A DNA stretch of 64,000 nt from Magallana gigas (taxonomy: Eukaryota): contig NC_088853.1 in NCBI RefSeq assembly GCF_963853765.1, positions 21,948,001 to 22,012,000 of the forward strand, given 5' to 3'. Within the stretch, counting starts at the first letter, position 1. Each line of letters opens with the position of its first letter. A program made the translations under genes and the position numbers. Under the pieces are notes generated by a model. The model ran no database searches, was not told the origin of the DNA, and worked only from the letters and a program-made list of their open reading frames with translations. Positions 60,668 to 64,000 of this stretch are shown here, piece after piece.

Positions 60668-61151
60668 AGGGGCATGGTCACGATTTTGGTGAAGTTTTAT
60701 TTTTCTGTTTTTATCATTTGCAATACTCTATGAATGCAATTCTAATGATCAAATGAAATTTGGGTGCCCGTCGATGAGTTTTAAGCAAGATACAGGGCTC
60801 ACAATTCTTCGTCATGTAAACAAGGCTCGTGCCCTGTTTTTGTTTACATAGGTTCAATATACCAGTAAAAAATCTTTTTCAAGATGATTTGTCTATATTC
60901 TTATTCTTTTTAAGCATAAATAAACAGTTCCTACCATAAACTCATTCATTTTAGGTCTAAAACTGGAATTTCCACTTCAACTTTCAAAATGTAAACAAAA
61001 GCTTTGTTTACATAGCGAGGAATTGTAAGCTCTGAAACTCGCTTATATCTCAACAAATGGCACTCAAATTTTGGTTGCCAATTAAAAATGAACCATTAAA
61101 AACATTAAAATCAAAAACATAATTTTTGACTAAAATTGTCCCCATGTCCCT
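60668..61151. mobile_element. 484-bp TTAA-flanked MITE (Kolobok-like), complete copy
   Basis: ttaa|AGGGGCATGGTCACGATTTTGGT ... ACTAAAATTGTCCCCATGTCCCT|ttaa (18/23 TIR match, TTAA TSD); further internal inverted repeats around gtaaacaa/ttgtttac. Confidence 0.85.
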
Positions 61152-62422
61152 TTAAACGCGCCTTCTATTTGTTATAAACAGGATACGTTATACAAGTTAC
61201 GTAACAGGTATAGCGATAATGTCTAACTTCGGAATCAGAGCATGCATTTATTGTCTCGTTCTGTTCAATTCGGTCAAGGCTGTATGGGTTCAGTGACAAA
61301 TAGAACATTTACTAGTTAAACACATTCGTTTCTTAATCCCCAGGTAAGCCAGTTACATTTACCTTTGCTTTTCAATGCATTGCTATTATCTTTAAGTCAA
61401 ATGTCAGCTACACTCTACTTTAGATTCTGTTGTATCGTTACGTGATAATGTTGACTTGTCAAGATAATTTTTTGATTTTTCAGTCGCTAAATCAGCTCAA
61501 ACTTGATCCATTATCTTATTGCTTGTAGGTTAAGGCTCTAACACCTCAAAACATTGCATATTATGAAGACACATAATCAATACTGTAGTTGATAAATTAT
61601 TGTTCTGGCCTATTTTTAGACGTTCGATATTGAAAAGGGGTTTACCACAAATAAAGTTTGCAAGTACTTCTATTGTACATGCACATTTTAGACCCAGCGA
61701 TTCTAACGTTTCGAAGAACAAAAACAAATAGTAAATGAATTTGATTTGTGATGCTATCTAGGGCAAAGAAGAGGGACAATGAGATTATAACGAAAATTGC
61801 ATTCTAAACTACCTTTCCCCATCAGGATGAAAACACCAAATATCTATCAAAAGAGGGATTTTTTAATACCTATACCCCTTAGTCAACAACTCAATTTTAC
61901 TTTTTGCTTTAATCTGGAAAGGCGAATAGATTGATGTCAGATTTATAGATTCAGTTACATTTGAGTCATATCGAAGCTATCATGAAGACTGAATAGCATT
62001 TATTCAGTTTTTGAATGTGCATAATTAAAAAAAAGTTTATTTGTGACAATAAAACCCCTTTGCCAGTACACTGGTAGCAACGTTATTGTTGACGAACGAC
62101 ACACACAATTATGATACACGAACGATCACGGACGATACACGAACGATCACGTACGACACAGAATATATTTTAAGATTCTAATATACATGCATCTTAAGTA
62201 GGAAATGATTAATTAGGTGCACCTATTGCGAATTAAATCTGTTTCGATTAATCTTTTAAATCAGTATGACATTTCATGGAATCATTTGCACAAACAAGAT
62301 ATAAACAAGAGAAAAAGAAAACCCAACAAAATCAAATCAAATCTTTGTTACATTGAGTTACAGTTGAAATAATCTTAATCAATATATTACCCCTTGAAAA
62401 ACGTTTGCAAGACCAGGTTGAA

Positions 62423-63679
62423 ATGGAACTTCAAGGCAGAACAGCACTTGTGACGGGCTTTGCTGGCGCCATTGGATCGGTGATTGCTACATCTTTAGCG
62501 AATGCCGGATGTGACGTCATTGGGGTAGACAAAGTGAAACATGATATTGTACGGATGTCTATCGATGAAATAAAAGCAGAGTAAAGCAATTTTATTTTGA
62601 AATGTTTAAACATAGACAGATTAAACGTGCTTGGTTTTCTGCTTTAAGGTAGTCCATCCATAACTAAGGCAAATTAAACGCTTTTGATTGATCTATACTA
62701 CATCAAATACTTATTTTAAAGCTGTTATGAGGCTGACATAAACCAAACTCGGGTGTATGTATATAGTCAATTAAATGAACTTTTTGCACTTAAAACTTTT
62801 TAAAAGAGTTATCTGCCCTTTGGGAAAATTAAAAAAAAAATCAATTTCTGAAAATATTTATGGTAAAATATGAAAGTTTTTAGCATATTCGAAGAGAGGG
62901 ACGCTTTTGCAACTTTTTACCAAGAGAAATGTGAGAAAATTACTTGTACTTAAGAAATATATCTTTATATGCATTTTTCCCATAGACTTCAATGTTAACT
63001 TCAACATATGATAAAATTATAAATATTGATTTTTTTTAAAGACTTCAAAGGTGAATCTTTGTTATTTGATACACTTCTTAAAATCACGCTAAGAATTTAG
63101 TGATCAAAATTGCAATGTATTAGATATAAAATATGATAGTTATGGATGGGCTACCTTAAAAGTTAAGATTTTGTTTTCCTAATCATAAGCGAATGATTAT
63201 AAGACGGAATGCCAACATATCATTATACTCTATAAGCAATTAAAAAACATTTCTGTGGGTTATATTTTCCCATTTTTTCCACAGAAGTAAACGAGATGTT
63301 AAATACTTCCAATGCGACCTTTTAAACAAAGAAGACATCCATAAGGTTTTCCAAGATCTGAAGTCTGGAGATGTTGACATTTTAGTTAATGCAGCTGGTA
63401 TATATTCATCCATCCATCCATCCATCTATCAATCCCTCATTTATTTATTTACCTATCCATCTTTTACCTATCCTTTTAATCATCCATTCATCCTTTGATT
63501 CATCCTTCCAGCCAGCCAAAAATAATTTACCAAATCATTCAGTTATCATTCTACAGGTCGATTATCAATCAACAAGATTGAAGATTTGTCTGATGATGTT
63601 TGGGATGAAGATATAGGCGTCAATTTGACTGCACCATTCGTATTGATAAAACTGGTTATTGGCTTAATGAAAGATAAAG
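62423..63679 (+). CDS. Second SDR (HBDH-like) paralog, exons 1-3; continues beyond the window
   Basis: 62423-62580 MELQGRTALVTGFAGAIG...GVD; 63285-63397 ...VDILVNAAG; 63557-63679 RLSINKIEDLSDDVWDEDIGVNLTAPF. Exon 1 (158 nt) and exon 3 (123 nt) equal the first copy. Confidence 0.9.
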
Positions 63680-64000
63680 GTAAAATTAAATAACAAAAAT
63701 ATATGTATTCTATGTTTATTTTTTCAAGCTGGCATAATAAAATGGATTGTATTATATTTAGAGACAAATTGCGTTACTCTTGCATTTAAATTGGGTGAAA
63801 GTAGGATATTATTAAAAATGAGCGAAAAATTGCCCCAGGTTATGTTCTGACCGTGCAACAAGAAATTAAAGTAACTACTTAACATATAATATATGCAACA
63901 ATGGAAACAAAATTCGTCTTGTTGGTGTTCGGCTTCTAATACATTGTGCATTAATGTACCGAAAAGACGATTTTATTTCTATTTATCAAAAATAAAAGGC

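Noticed and set aside
61750-62165. Possible second Helentron-like element ending in gatacacgaacgatcacg repeats
   Set aside because: Only a two-unit repeat is evident, with no subterminal inverted repeats or hairpin.

Overview
This is an AT-rich, intron-rich animal genomic window with four N-gaps. The repeat families look like those of bivalves, most likely an oyster (Crassostrea/Magallana type); this is inferred from repeat recognition, not proven. From left to right: (1) a young 4.84-kb head-to-tail duplication (909-10462) with a 5-bp microhomology junction, each copy carrying a ~2.95-kb non-autonomous CACTA/EnSpm-type element with a TTT target-site duplication (TSD), plus an older diverged duplicate (1-1310 vs 11601-12850); (2) a full-length, recently inserted Ty3/Gypsy LTR retrotransposon on the minus strand (13077-22886, AAAT TSD) with PNMA-like gag, a UUUAAAC -1 frameshift site followed by a candidate pseudoknot, and a pol broken by one frameshift and one stop; (3) a four-exon DNPH1/Rcl-like gene broken in exon 3; (4) a probable decayed C-type lectin fragment; (5) a complete 14-exon CYP3-clan cytochrome P450 (512 aa) with a GC-AG intron; (6) a cluster of hydroxybutyrate-dehydrogenase-like SDR genes (one full gene with a gap in exon 2, one orphan dead last exon, one copy running off the window) flanking a type-I membrane Ig-superfamily receptor gene. 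Many MITEs, a Helentron-type element with a ~165-bp satellite core, and microsatellites are interspersed. I see no rRNA, tRNA or CRISPR, and I cannot support a wholly new multi-gene system. The best leads are the retroelement recoding signal, the altered-pocket SDR and DNPH1 paralogs, the dual-frame receptor tail and the duplication architecture. All exon coordinates were derived by hand and need RNA-seq confirmation.
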